Of a stretch of DNA of 42,858 bases, positions 17,913 to 28,660 are shown in pieces (position 1 is the first letter of the stretch; every line of letters starts with the position of its first letter). The DNA comes from a candidate division WOR-3 bacterium (GTDB lineage: Bacteria; Hydrothermota; Tepidihabitantia; SM23-42; JAOAFX01). The stretch spans positions 1 through 42,858 of the forward strand of contig JBDRWI010000009.1 of NCBI GenBank assembly GCA_039802265.1, written 5' to 3'. A program made the position numbers and the translations under genes. The notes below the pieces were generated by a model. It was not told the DNA's origin. It saw only the letters and a program-made list of their open reading frames with translations, and did not search any database.

Positions 17913-19469
17913 TCAGTCTATTTTAAGCACCTTTTCTACTGAAACGGAATCCGATATCTTGAAAAATATGAAATAGATTCCGGCAGGAAGTTTTTGACCA
18001 CAGTTATCGTCGCCCGCCCAGAAGACCGTTGACCGCTCACCGTTTACCGTTAAACGAGGGAAATCCCTGACCAGTCTTCCGGTTGCATCATAGATACTTA
18101 ACGAGAATTGTGATTTGGAATTTGTTTGGTGATCGGGATTGGGAATTTGGAATTTAATCAAGCACTGATTCCTGAATGGATTTGGAGCAACTTTAAGTCT
18201 TTTGGTCATATCACAATTCTTTCTCTTTTCCTCTTCAATCGCCAGGGGTCGCATTTTGATGTTCAATGTTTCGGTTATGCCCGGTTCAACGACAACTCCC
18301 TCAACAATAAATGTATCATAGCCACTTTTTAGAAAATAAAGGGTATAGGTTCCCGGATTCAAAATCCGGCGATATCGCCCAAACATAGAATCGCTCAGCC
18401 GGGGGGGCAGTGTAGGATCATAATAACCAGCAACGCGGACTTCGGCGACAAGCGGAAGGTTGGTAACAGAATCGGTGATGATTCCAGTAATTCCTGAACC
18501 AAATGTCCTCTCAAGAAGGTAATATGCCCCGGGGAGATTTCTCTGGCAGATACCATCAACAAGATAACCTGGTGGATAGCAACTCCGGCTTACCTCAATT
18601 GTATAGGCAAATGTACCACATACACCATAAAGCCAGTTTCTTGCTGTGCCTTCGGTGGCATAACCATATATTGAGGCATATGTCCCATTGCCCGCATCGT
18701 TGATTATCTTTGCTGCAACGGTATCAGCAATCTTTTTGATAAATGGATAGTCTATACAGAACTGTGTTCCCCAGCGCCAGGGCCAGTAGACAAGTTCGCC
18801 CTGACCGGTGCGGACATTATGATAACAGACATCAAAGACAAAATGGTTTTCAAGTGCTAAATCCCGAATTATCCTTGTCTCATTTTCGGAAAAAGGAAAT
18901 GGACCACGATAGTATTCATTTGTCGGGTCCGGGCTTCCCCCGAGTTCCCAGTTAAAATCATAGTTTCTATTTAAATCTACGCCGTCGGATTCGGGCTCAA
19001 AGAAGCCACTATTATTATTATCCCGCTTATTCTTCCTCCAGATTGTATCAAGTCCTGAGGTTACTACATTGTGACCTTCGGGATTTAAAATTGGTATTAT
19101 CCAGATCTCTGTATTATCTATCCAGAAAGTGATGGCAGAATCTATACCATATTTACTAACGAGGTCGTTCAATAGATATAGTGCAACCTCACCACCGAGC
19201 AATTCTTCGGCGTGGTGGACACCGTTGAAAAGAATCGCCGGCTCATCTTCTTTAATTAAAGGATTGTCCGAAATCTTTATTGCTAAGATCGGCAAACTGT
19301 CTCGGGTTGAAACACCGAGCGTATCAAGTCGGGTAATTTCCGGATACATTGTCGCAATAGAATTGACCTCCTGAACCATCTCTAAATAAGTGTGGTAGCG
19401 GGGGTCAATTAAAACATTCTCAGAAGCAAAATGCAAAATGGAAACTAAAAAGATAAATTTTCCAATCAT
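17913..19469 (-). CDS. M14 zinc carboxypeptidase with carboxypeptidase-regulatory-like domain and T9SS-type CTD
   Basis: HHAEE (HxxE), NPEG, WRKN, GVDLNRNY, PFSENET, CYH, YTIEV; CTD PNPF..IYDATGRLVR..LPAGIYF. Confidence 0.9.
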   Translation of the reverse strand: MIGKFIFLVSILHFASENVLIDPRYHTYLEMVQEVNSIATMYPEITRLDTLGVSTRDSLPILAIKISDNPLIKEDEPAILFNGVHHAEELLGGEVALYLLNDLVSKYGIDSAITFWIDNTEIWIIPILNPEGHNVVTSGLDTIWRKNKRDNNNSGFFEPESDGVDLNRNYDFNWELGGSPDPTNEYYRGPFPFSENETRIIRDLALENHFVFDVCYHNVRTGQGELVYWPWRWGTQFCIDYPFIKKIADTVAAKIINDAGNGTYASIYGYATEGTARNWLYGVCGTFAYTIEVSRSCYPPGYLVDGICQRNLPGAYYLLERTFGSGITGIITDSVTNLPLVAEVRVAGYYDPTLPPRLSDSMFGRYRRILNPGTYTLYFLKSGYDTFIVEGVVVEPGITETLNIKMRPLAIEEEKRKNCDMTKRLKVAPNPFRNQCLIKFQIPNPDHQTNSKSQFSLSIYDATGRLVRDFPRLTVNGERSTVFWAGDDNCGQKLPAGIYFIFFKISDSVSVEKVLKID

Positions 19470-22400
19470 CGCAGAATCACCGCCTTTCTAACTGCCAGAA
19501 ATCCACGGGCTTCAACTGAAATAAAATAGATACCTGCGGATAGCTCGGCTTCTTTCAGATTGAATGTGTAGTATCCGGGTTCAACCAGTTTATTAACAAT
19601 GGTCTTTACAAGGCAACCGGTAATATCATAGAGGTGCACCTTTAATTGGGTTCTGATCGGAACCTGCAGTTGAATATTCAACCCTGAATAAGTGGGATTT
19701 GGTGACAAATCCGAAAATGAAAATTCTTTAGGTAGAATCTGATGGTTCTCGCTGATATTGAATTGACCAATTGTAAAACAACTATCACTGATATCAAAGC
19801 CGGTATTGTTTGCGGCATCGTAGGCACATACCTTAATCAGACATTTAGTAGAATTAACCTGGGGAATTGTCCAATCAAATATAGAATCGTTGGTATTAAA
19901 ATGGGCAACCAATAATGGAAAGGTCAATCCACTATCTGACGAGAGATAAATGTTCAAACTATCTATACCCAGATTATCAGTGGAATTCCATCTAATCTGG
20001 TGGACCTCATCCCAGTACCAGACTTCACCACCATTGGGTGAAAAGACCGTCACCACCGGTGCCTCCGGGTCATAGATTGCCCAATTTGAATCTGAGATAT
20101 CTTCACCCATGTTTTCATTACCATCAAATGCCTTGATGCGCATAAGACACTGATTGGAAGGAGTTTCGGGAACGGTCCAGGGGTAAGTTGAATCAGTGCC
20201 ATAAAACGAACCGATATAATTCCAGTTTAGCCCATTATCTGTGGAATATTCAATGACCACTGAATCAACCCTGACATTATCCTGGGCACGCCAGCGTATT
20301 GTATCAACCTCACCAATATTCCACACCTCTCCACCATTGGGAACTAACACAGAAACCTCCGGCGGAACCAAATCAGAGAATAGCCGGCTATAATAGATAT
20401 CCCAACTTCCATTCCTATTTGTCTGCCAGAAGACCCACACATAACCAGAATCATCGGCAATGGCACTGGGTAAAACATCCTTTGCACTGTGATTGCTTAT
20501 CAGAAAAGAATCCTGCCAGGCATTATCCTTGTAGTATTTAGCCCAGATTTCCCAGTCCCCGGTGCGGTCCGATTGCCATACACACCACAGATAGCCATCA
20601 CGGTCAACAGCCAGTGCCGGATGTTCATCCCGATTTGAATTCGTAGTTACCGGCCGGGCGTTTGACCAGGTGGTTCCATTGTAATGGCTCTCATAGATAT
20701 CGGTATTGCCGTTGCGCCAGGTTGTCCAGACAACCCAGACCGTTCCATCACCGGAAACTGCAATCTTTGGGTCCTGGTCCTGTGCCAGATTGCTGGTGAT
20801 TCGGCGCAACCCTTCCCAGTGACCGGAATTCGGATTGTAGTATTTTACATAAATATTCCGGTTATATTGATACCGTTCACTACACCAGGTCACCCAGGCA
20901 ATCCCATTACTATCAGTTGCCATTGCCGGACGATAATCATTTGCTGAATCAGTGGTTACTGCAAACATCGGCTGCCAGGTCGTTCCATCAAAATAACGGC
21001 AATAGATATCACCATTTAAATGGGTCCAGCGCTCCAGGCAGACCCAGAGCCGGCCATCACCATCTTTGGTCATTGCCGGGTACATATCATTTGATGCCTT
21101 TGAACTGAGTTGCTCTTCTGTCCCCCATTGATTCCCCACATACATACTGCCAAAGACATCATAATTTCTACCATAAGCCCGCTGCCAGGTTAAATATGGA
21201 TTCCCCTGATTATCGGTAGCCATCGCCGGAAAGAAATCCCAGTATAAATAGGGACGGACAATCTGGGCTTGAGACCATACTCCATTTGAGTAATAAGACG
21301 CACATATCTCGGTCCTTCCATTTGTGACCGAACGACCGGTTGTCCAGGCAGTCCATAATCTTCCTGAACCATCTATTGTCGTCGTAACAAAGGCATCAGT
21401 CTCAGGATGGGTGTCAACCGGTGCCGGGACTGACCAGTTCAAGGCAGCCAGACCGAGTATGGTATTGCCCCTTTTATTTGCAATCTTCGCCACTGATTGT
21501 TTCGGTCTTAAGGTCGGGTCGCCGAGAATACACATTCCATAGAACCAATCAATGTCATTTATTCCATATTGAGTGAACCACTGTTTGAATGCCTGTCCAA
21601 TTGTGATTCCGGTATTGAGAGGTCCATAGAATGCATTGAAATAGAGCATACTACCAACCTTTGTTGAACCGATTGCCAGAAGTCCGTTTGTAGTATTGAA
21701 GATATAACACCCGCCTTCAGAATTTTCCTCAATAAATCTTGTACCTGCACACTGGAAGAGATTCAAGAATAAAAACGGCGGGTCAGCAAACCATAGTTCA
21801 AAGTTAAAGACAGTACCTGCATAGCCGGAAGTATTCTTAAATGTATTACCCCAGGGTGATGAATGGCTGCAGATTTGAACCCATTCATAAGGGTCATCAA
21901 GGCGCATCCGAAAGTCAGCCGCGGTTGTAGTATTGTACTGCCTTATCACAACCACGGTATCATAGAGAAGGTCAAGATCGCAGTCATTAAAACTATACCA
22001 GTCATCATCAACATAGGCAAGTGCCTTCTGGGGAATTCCGTAACCACCGGTTCGGTATCGGTGAATCTTGGAGAGATAATTGTTTATTAACATTATCTCA
22101 TTACCCCAGGTCACTGGATTGGCATAAATTCTGCCCACATAGATCTCTGGTGCCTTGTTGCCTGAGTGTCCATCAAAGAGACCGTCCCCATCACTATCGG
22201 TCCAAGTGCCATTAAGGTCCATAAAGTATAATTCAATTGGAAATTCTTCCCTTCCCTCGGAAGATTCGTATTCATACCAGGCAATCGGAACACTGCCAAG
22301 AAATACTGCGCCTACAAGTTCGCTGTCAAGGAGTGCCGCAAGGTGGCTTCTCAACTCACCTGCCTGCCAGCCCCTAACTGTATCAATCCGAACATTATAA

Positions 22401-22690
22401 CCTTCCGCCTCAAGGTCAGTAATATATGTATTCAATGAATCGGAAATATATTCATAGATTGGGGCATAGACCACAATATCAATCATTGGTAGGCGATAGC
22501 CTCTTAATTTGGTTTTATACGCCTCGCCAATTGAGAATGGTTCCTTTGTAATCTTTGCCGACCAGACTTGGTATGTTGTCATTGGAACATCATAAGGGTC
22601 AACATACTCAAGTTTCTTCACTGCTGTAATACCGAAAAGAAAAATTGGTATTAGCAAGGATATTATCCTTTTATAATTTGAGGTTGTCAT
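19466..22690 (-). CDS. Secreted protein: C25/caspase-like domain, beta-propeller repeats, two Ig-like PNGGE repeats, T9SS-type CTD
   Basis: PEIYVGRI, CSHSS (His), LFQCAG (Cys), ILGDPTL; repeats P.(M/L)A.D..G..W..W....NGN.DIY; 2x PNGGEVW; CTD PNP..LYDITG..SAGIYF. Confidence 0.8.
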   Translation of the reverse strand: MTTSNYKRIISLLIPIFLFGITAVKKLEYVDPYDVPMTTYQVWSAKITKEPFSIGEAYKTKLRGYRLPMIDIVVYAPIYEYISDSLNTYITDLEAEGYNVRIDTVRGWQAGELRSHLAALLDSELVGAVFLGSVPIAWYEYESSEGREEFPIELYFMDLNGTWTDSDGDGLFDGHSGNKAPEIYVGRIYANPVTWGNEIMLINNYLSKIHRYRTGGYGIPQKALAYVDDDWYSFNDCDLDLLYDTVVVIRQYNTTTAADFRMRLDDPYEWVQICSHSSPWGNTFKNTSGYAGTVFNFELWFADPPFLFLNLFQCAGTRFIEENSEGGCYIFNTTNGLLAIGSTKVGSMLYFNAFYGPLNTGITIGQAFKQWFTQYGINDIDWFYGMCILGDPTLRPKQSVAKIANKRGNTILGLAALNWSVPAPVDTHPETDAFVTTTIDGSGRLWTAWTTGRSVTNGRTEICASYYSNGVWSQAQIVRPYLYWDFFPAMATDNQGNPYLTWQRAYGRNYDVFGSMYVGNQWGTEEQLSSKASNDMYPAMTKDGDGRLWVCLERWTHLNGDIYCRYFDGTTWQPMFAVTTDSANDYRPAMATDSNGIAWVTWCSERYQYNRNIYVKYYNPNSGHWEGLRRITSNLAQDQDPKIAVSGDGTVWVVWTTWRNGNTDIYESHYNGTTWSNARPVTTNSNRDEHPALAVDRDGYLWCVWQSDRTGDWEIWAKYYKDNAWQDSFLISNHSAKDVLPSAIADDSGYVWVFWQTNRNGSWDIYYSRLFSDLVPPEVSVLVPNGGEVWNIGEVDTIRWRAQDNVRVDSVVIEYSTDNGLNWNYIGSFYGTDSTYPWTVPETPSNQCLMRIKAFDGNENMGEDISDSNWAIYDPEAPVVTVFSPNGGEVWYWDEVHQIRWNSTDNLGIDSLNIYLSSDSGLTFPLLVAHFNTNDSIFDWTIPQVNSTKCLIKVCAYDAANNTGFDISDSCFTIGQFNISENHQILPKEFSFSDLSPNPTYSGLNIQLQVPIRTQLKVHLYDITGCLVKTIVNKLVEPGYYTFNLKEAELSAGIYFISVEARGFLAVRKAVILR

Positions 22691-22709
22691 AAAACCTCCC
22701 TTATCATTT

Positions 22710-25700
22710 CTATCTTAAAAGAACCGCCTTTTTAACAGTTTTAAAATCTTCAGTGGTTAATTGGATAAAATAGACACCGGCCGGAAGTCTCCGACCTAAA
22801 TCATCAGAACCATCCCAGGTCATTTCCGTATTTTGTAAATCATGGGTCGTAAGTCGGGAAAAATCACGGACAAGCCGACCCGTAATATCATAAATTCTCA
22901 ATCCAACTTCCTGCGCATTACGGCATACGGCATACGATATGCGCAATACGCTCCGGAATGGATTGGGATAAATATTCAGCGCTAACCTTTCACCTTCCAT
23001 TTTTAACTTTTCACCCTCGCCAATTCCGGTCTCATTGTGAATATGGAGGGTGAAGTAAACATAAGTTTCATAATTGCCATTATTTCCCGTAAAATAGACC
23101 CCCATTCCCACGAAAGTATCCACCGGATTATGGACAATTTGAATAAAATAGGGATCTAAAGAATTATTACCGGTTCCACCAACTTCTATATCACCAAAAC
23201 CCGCACTGCTGTCAATAAGCGAAATACTCGGAGAATTTTCTTTGAGAAATCCATTGAGACTAAAGACAGTGGTATCGCCATTATTTGCTACATTTATTAC
23301 AACCATTATTGTCTCATCAGGCTCGGGAATGCCATTGTTATTTCCACCCTGGGAGTCGTCAATTGTCCAGCCTATTAAATTTATCCATGGTGATGGCTGA
23401 CTTATTGGCGGCTTCGTTGTAACCAAAAGTGCCCTGCCATTTACCAGGGGTGCTGCGTTCGGGTCATAATTATCATCAAAGAGATATTGTAAACCACGGG
23501 TCTCGGTCTCATCTTCTATTCCAACGGTATTGCTTGTTGCATTGGATATCGTATTATAATAAAAAAGGATTTCTCCATCTCCGGTTGGGGTAGGATAATA
23601 ATTCGGGTCACGCAGGACAATCTGGAATGTCTGCCAGGCTCCACTGCCGTATCCAAGTGCTACTTGATAGAATTCTACATACCAGAGATGATGGGTCGGG
23701 TCATAATAATAGTATATATCACCATGTCCCGAAGAACTCGGGTCTAAATCATCCCAGTAAGGTGCAGCAAACCGCTTTGCCCTGCCCACAGTCGGGATTG
23801 GGTCATTATAACTATAAGGATATGTCGCCCCCCCAATCTCCACAAAGCCATTTGAACAAATCCCGATTGTGTTATAGTCTACACCATAGAATTTGAATGT
23901 GAATGGAAGAGTCAAGGTCACGGTATCGGCATCTTCATTGGTTATCTCCCATATAATTGTGCCCGGTCCCCCGGCCGAAGAGGCAATCTCAAACCAGGCA
24001 TAATTAGGCGCCCGACCGGTGAGTGTATCGGTATCGTCATAAATGTAGTATCCATAAGGGTCAGGTCCGGTTCCACTTCCACCCCCGCTAAGCCCGGTGG
24101 TCATCAGAGAAAAACTTGCATACCAGGTACTGTCGTTTGCATCCATCATTATTAAGTCAAATGGTATGAGATGGGCATAGGTCTTTGGTGCGACAGTAAA
24201 AACAAATGGATTTAATCCACTTGATATACTTCCCGGATTGAGGTTCCCATAAAAGGAAATACTATCACTGATTGCGACCAGGGTATCGGTAGTTCTCAAT
24301 ATTGCCCTGACATTTGGGGCAGCAACCCCACCTACATTCTTTATTGTTGCCCAGAGTAAAATAGTCTCGCCCGGGTCTACAATTCCATTATTATTGCCCA
24401 GAGAGTCCTCAATTGTGTTATAAAGATAACTAAGAGAAATATCACTGACTACAATTGAAACGGTGCCTTCAAATGGGTATAAATTTCTGCCGGTTACGGT
24501 AATATCCATAATTCCAGGCTGAGGTGCATTGAATACAAAGGTAATCATACCCGAAGAATTTGTCCAGCCAGTCTGGTATATGAGCGTATCAAACATAATA
24601 CAGACATAGGCAGACTCAATCGGGTTATTCTGATATTGAACATTCACTTCAAGTGTTTCTTCAATTCCCGCATAAAGGATGGAATCGTATGTCACCGTTA
24701 TCAACTTTGGTTTGGCAGTCCAGATGGTCATTGCCGGGTCACCAACTGTAGTAAATCCCTGATATTCGGTTGTAGAGCCCATATTATAAACCCTCAATCT
24801 ACCATCCTCACAGGCCTGGCCGAATGTCCTTCTTTTATATAAGAAGACACCATCAAAGAAACCCCGGGTGACTGCACTTCGATAATAAGCAAGACCGCTA
24901 CCGCTCGTCGTTGTTGCAAAATAACCTGACGCTCCCCTCAGGGTAGTTGGGGTTCCAGTCAAAAACCAACGCTCGGCGGTCGCTGGGTTTGAACCGGTCC
25001 CCAAAGTTCCGCAGGTTGCAGAGATCACTATCGGCAGTTTATTTCCATTGGCAAGGATATTAGGCTCAATATTAAAGGGCCAGTACCAGTTATTTGTTGC
25101 ACTTCCCCGATATAGTACAAATCCCCTGCCATTATTGGTGGCATTCCGAACTGAATCTGCGTTGTCGCCATTAAGGGCATAGAATGTATCAATCTTTGTG
25201 TAGCCATTGCTGACCATCAATCCGGCAACATACCAGGTATCCTGACGATAGAGTGCAGAATCATCATCAGGATACCCATTTTGCCCATAGGCATTGGCAA
25301 TCAAACATCCTTTCTTAAACCAGGTTGAGTCGGTAATGTCGGGATATCTCTCATACCTTAACATCTTTGCAACGACGGTCTGTGCCTCACTCACCTGTCT
25401 CACCGTCAATCTTCCCGAAAGAATCTCATTGCGTACATCTCCAGTTATATTCGTATAGTTATTATCACCAAACGGTGTACTACTAAAAGACCAGGGGATG
25501 TAGGGATTTCCACCAACGAATAGAATATATTCCGGCCTTATCTGCCAGTTGTTATATGCGTTGACAATATAATTTCTGATTGCTGTTGAATTCTGGGCAA
25601 GTTGTGAAGGGACCCTAACAATCTTTGTGCGCAGTCCCATCTTATGCTTCCACTGGGCATAGGGTAATATGGCGTCATAAAAATCGTCGTGAGTGATGAT

Positions 25701-25787
25701 TAAATATTTTGCTCCGATCTCCTGAGAATATCCTTGAGTATATAGAATCAAGATTGAGATAAGAAATGTCTTCATGAAATTATTCAT
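22710..25787 (-). CDS. C25 (gingipain-like) family protein A with Ig domains, GPDxYGY domain and T9SS-type CTD
   Basis: YLIITHD, QWKHKMG, PEYILFVG, SGRL, LPIVISATC, GDPAM; CTD IYPNPF..IYDITGRLVR..LPAGVYF. Confidence 0.85.
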   Translation of the reverse strand: MNNFMKTFLISILILYTQGYSQEIGAKYLIITHDDFYDAILPYAQWKHKMGLRTKIVRVPSQLAQNSTAIRNYIVNAYNNWQIRPEYILFVGGNPYIPWSFSSTPFGDNNYTNITGDVRNEILSGRLTVRQVSEAQTVVAKMLRYERYPDITDSTWFKKGCLIANAYGQNGYPDDDSALYRQDTWYVAGLMVSNGYTKIDTFYALNGDNADSVRNATNNGRGFVLYRGSATNNWYWPFNIEPNILANGNKLPIVISATCGTLGTGSNPATAERWFLTGTPTTLRGASGYFATTTSGSGLAYYRSAVTRGFFDGVFLYKRRTFGQACEDGRLRVYNMGSTTEYQGFTTVGDPAMTIWTAKPKLITVTYDSILYAGIEETLEVNVQYQNNPIESAYVCIMFDTLIYQTGWTNSSGMITFVFNAPQPGIMDITVTGRNLYPFEGTVSIVVSDISLSYLYNTIEDSLGNNNGIVDPGETILLWATIKNVGGVAAPNVRAILRTTDTLVAISDSISFYGNLNPGSISSGLNPFVFTVAPKTYAHLIPFDLIMMDANDSTWYASFSLMTTGLSGGGSGTGPDPYGYYIYDDTDTLTGRAPNYAWFEIASSAGGPGTIIWEITNEDADTVTLTLPFTFKFYGVDYNTIGICSNGFVEIGGATYPYSYNDPIPTVGRAKRFAAPYWDDLDPSSSGHGDIYYYYDPTHHLWYVEFYQVALGYGSGAWQTFQIVLRDPNYYPTPTGDGEILFYYNTISNATSNTVGIEDETETRGLQYLFDDNYDPNAAPLVNGRALLVTTKPPISQPSPWINLIGWTIDDSQGGNNNGIPEPDETIMVVINVANNGDTTVFSLNGFLKENSPSISLIDSSAGFGDIEVGGTGNNSLDPYFIQIVHNPVDTFVGMGVYFTGNNGNYETYVYFTLHIHNETGIGEGEKLKMEGERLALNIYPNPFRSVLRISYAVCRNAQEVGLRIYDITGRLVRDFSRLTTHDLQNTEMTWDGSDDLGRRLPAGVYFIQLTTEDFKTVKKAVLLR

Positions 25788-25795
25788 TATTATAT

Positions 25796-25823
25796 ATTAT
25801 ACTCATAATTAGACTTAAGTCAA
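25796..25823 (-). promoter_or_regulatory. Promoter of C25-A with palindrome over the -35
   Basis: TTGACT-N16-TATAAT; GACTTAAGTC palindrome 25812..25821; 8 nt to ATG 25787. Confidence 0.7.
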
Positions 25824-26013
25824 GAGGAGAGATTGGAATAAATATAATGATGAACCAATAGTGCCCATTTGTGGAAACATTAATCACAAAAAATTTGATT
25901 GGTTCAAGTTAACACTAATATAATTATTATTCGCTGTAAATTAAGGAACTGGTAATACTATATATTTAAAAACAAGACATAAAATAGATTAGATTATATA
26001 TTTGGGAGGTCTC

Positions 26014-27531
26014 ATGAAATTTCAGCGTTATTCTGTGCTGCTAATAATTGTGTTCTTGATTCAATATGGCCATTCTGCGCCAATCTGGCCCAACTGGAAA
26101 TACGACCGGCAGTTAACCGGCAGATGTCCTTATTATGGCCCAGACAGAGACATCTTATTGTGGTCTTTTTCTACCCCAGATACATTCTCTATCCGCAGTG
26201 CTTCCCCGGTTATCGGCGAGGATGGAACAGTCTATTTTAGCAGTCCGGATAGCTTTATCTTTGCAGTTAGACCGAACGGCACCGAAAAATGGCGCTATAA
26301 GATAGGGAACTGTGTCCCTGGGGGCTTTCCAGCAATAGACCAGCGGGGAAGGCTCTATTTCAACACCACTGATTCTCGGGTAGTCGCAATTGATGACTCT
26401 GGGACCTATGCAAAATTAGCCTGGCAGCGGGATTGTTCAGATAGCACTGTTCCAATTTTTAGTCTAACCCCTGTGGTTGTGGGTAGTGATAGAACCGTCT
26501 ATGTATCCCTTGATTCACTATATGCCATTGACAGCCTCGGTAATAGAAAATGGGCATATAACACCGGGTTAACTAATGGTTTTCCACCTGCAATATCCCT
26601 TGATGGTTCCTATTTATATTACGAATATTGCTCAGACCCTTTTACAAACAATATTGCAAAGAGACGAACTGATGGTACCTTGATTTGGACACATTATATT
26701 GGCGGTGCACCAGGAAGTCTGACCTGGGCAAGCCCCTGTATTGGTGCAGACAGCACGATATATTTTGCGGCCAATGATGCGTATCTCCATGCGATTATGC
26801 CTAACAATACCGACAAATGGGCGCCGGTAAGTCTTACAGGGGCATTTCTGTATGTTACGGTATCTCTTGGAATAAATGACACCATCTGGCTTATGAATCG
26901 TCAGAAAAGGCCAGTCTATTGGAAGTTTTCACCCACCAATGGTTCCGAGGTCCTTAAAGATTCCATTACCTACACCCCCTCGCGTTACAACCTTTATAAC
27001 TCATTTATTACTGATGTTTCGGGTAGGGCATTTATTGCCCTGATTGATTCGGGCACATATAACCTTACATTATATGTCTTTGAGAGTAATGGCACATTAA
27101 ACAGGACATACACCATTCCCCTTGAAGGTAGACGGACAAACCGGACCTTTCCGGCAATGGCACCAGGCAGATTTTATCTTGTGGGAGGAAACAAGTTATA
27201 TGCCTTTCAGGGTGGAAGTATTGGAGTTAAAGAAACTGAAATGAGCGATCTCCCGGTTTCAGTTAAAATCTTTCCCAATCCATTTTGCACGAAGGCAGAA
27301 ATTAAAATTACGCCTACCACTACATCTTTCTTCGTGAAGATTTATGACTCTGCCGGCAGGTTGGTGCGCGATTTTTCACGACTTACGACTTATGATAGAC
27401 GCGCTACGGAATTCATCTGGGATGGCACCGATAATTCTGGTATCCCGGTTAAATCCGGTGTTTATTTCTGCCGAGTAGAAGGACCTAAAATCATAAAAAC
27501 CGAAAAACTTGTGTTGATAAGAGAAAGATAG
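26014..27531 (+). CDS. PQQ-like (BamB-type) beta-propeller protein 1 with T9SS/FlgD-type CTD
   Basis: SD GGAGG, signal peptide; SPVIGEDGTVYF..IFAV.PNGTEKW repeats; CTD IFPNPF..IYDSAGRLVR..WDGTD..SGVYF. Confidence 0.85.
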   Translation: MKFQRYSVLLIIVFLIQYGHSAPIWPNWKYDRQLTGRCPYYGPDRDILLWSFSTPDTFSIRSASPVIGEDGTVYFSSPDSFIFAVRPNGTEKWRYKIGNCVPGGFPAIDQRGRLYFNTTDSRVVAIDDSGTYAKLAWQRDCSDSTVPIFSLTPVVVGSDRTVYVSLDSLYAIDSLGNRKWAYNTGLTNGFPPAISLDGSYLYYEYCSDPFTNNIAKRRTDGTLIWTHYIGGAPGSLTWASPCIGADSTIYFAANDAYLHAIMPNNTDKWAPVSLTGAFLYVTVSLGINDTIWLMNRQKRPVYWKFSPTNGSEVLKDSITYTPSRYNLYNSFITDVSGRAFIALIDSGTYNLTLYVFESNGTLNRTYTIPLEGRRTNRTFPAMAPGRFYLVGGNKLYAFQGGSIGVKETEMSDLPVSVKIFPNPFCTKAEIKITPTTTSFFVKIYDSAGRLVRDFSRLTTYDRRATEFIWDGTDNSGIPVKSGVYFCRVEGPKIIKTEKLVLIRER

Positions 27532-27547
27532 AAGATTAGGAGGTTAT

Positions 27548-28633
27548 ATGCAAAAGTATCTATTATTTATTGCATCATTGATTGGACTGGGATTTACAAC
27601 GATGACATATATGGATGGTGTGTTGGTTCGTACATCAGATAACTATATTTCAGCAGAGCGATTGCCGATAAGGCAGTTCAATGTCATTGATTCATTTCCA
27701 GCAGCAGCCAGCGGTTATTCAATGGGGCTTGCCTGTGATGGCAAATATCTCTGGAATAATGAGACATTTATCTATTGGTTCGCCCGGATGGATACGGTGA
27801 ATGGCAGTATCATAAACACCTTCACTCCGGTTTTAGGTAATCGCGATATGACATTTGATGGACAATACCTCTGGGCCTCGGATTGGCAGACTGGTTCTAT
27901 CAATAAATACGACACTTCAAACTGCTCTGTGATTGCAACCTATTATCCGCAATTTAGTGCAGGCAAACCAAATGGAATGGCCTGGGATGGTGCCTATCTC
28001 TGGGTGGGTGAAGAGTCAGGCAATATTTATAAAATGACCACCACCGGTGATATAGTTCGCTCAATTCCACCGCCGGTTTATTATTCCTATGAGCCACGAG
28101 GACTGGCATTTGATGGTCAATATCTGTGGGTTGGTTATCAGAGTTCCGGTTTGATTTATAAAGTTGATACAACAAATGGTGCGGTACTTGAAGTTTATTC
28201 AGCACCAGGGGCAGTTCCCGGCTGGAGATTTCAACAGGGACTTGATTGTGACGGCTACTTCCTCTGGTCAACTGTTGGTGGTAGCGTGCAGATGATTTAT
28301 CAGATTGACATTGGACTGCCCGGGGCCGAAGAGCATAAAAACAAGATAGCTCCACAACCGCGTGTCAAACTTATCGTAAATCCTAATCCCTTTGTTAAAA
28401 GTACAAACATATCGTTCATCCTCAAAAGTGGTGCAAATGTGAGGCTCTCCATCGTTGATGCCGGTGGCAGGGCTATCGCCACTCTAATAGAAAGAAAATT
28501 TTTACAACCGGGTTCTTATGAGTATACCTGGCAATCAACTCCCATTCAATCTGGTATCTATTTTATCTTGCTGGAAACAGACGATAGGATAACACTCCGT
28601 AAGATTGTACGCCTGCAATTAGGGCGCGAATAA
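27548..28633 (+). CDS. Beta-propeller protein (G(L/M)AxDGxYLW repeats; glutaminyl-cyclase/YncE-like) with T9SS-type CTD
   Basis: Five repeats: GLACDGKYLW, DMTFDGQYLW, GMAWDGAYLW, GLAFDGQYLW, GLDCDGYFLW; SD AGGAGG; CTD PNPF..SGIYF. Confidence 0.8.
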   Translation: MQKYLLFIASLIGLGFTTMTYMDGVLVRTSDNYISAERLPIRQFNVIDSFPAAASGYSMGLACDGKYLWNNETFIYWFARMDTVNGSIINTFTPVLGNRDMTFDGQYLWASDWQTGSINKYDTSNCSVIATYYPQFSAGKPNGMAWDGAYLWVGEESGNIYKMTTTGDIVRSIPPPVYYSYEPRGLAFDGQYLWVGYQSSGLIYKVDTTNGAVLEVYSAPGAVPGWRFQQGLDCDGYFLWSTVGGSVQMIYQIDIGLPGAEEHKNKIAPQPRVKLIVNPNPFVKSTNISFILKSGANVRLSIVDAGGRAIATLIERKFLQPGSYEYTWQSTPIQSGIYFILLETDDRITLRKIVRLQLGRE

Positions 28634-28660
28634 AAATACCCAAACATGAGTGAGGATAGA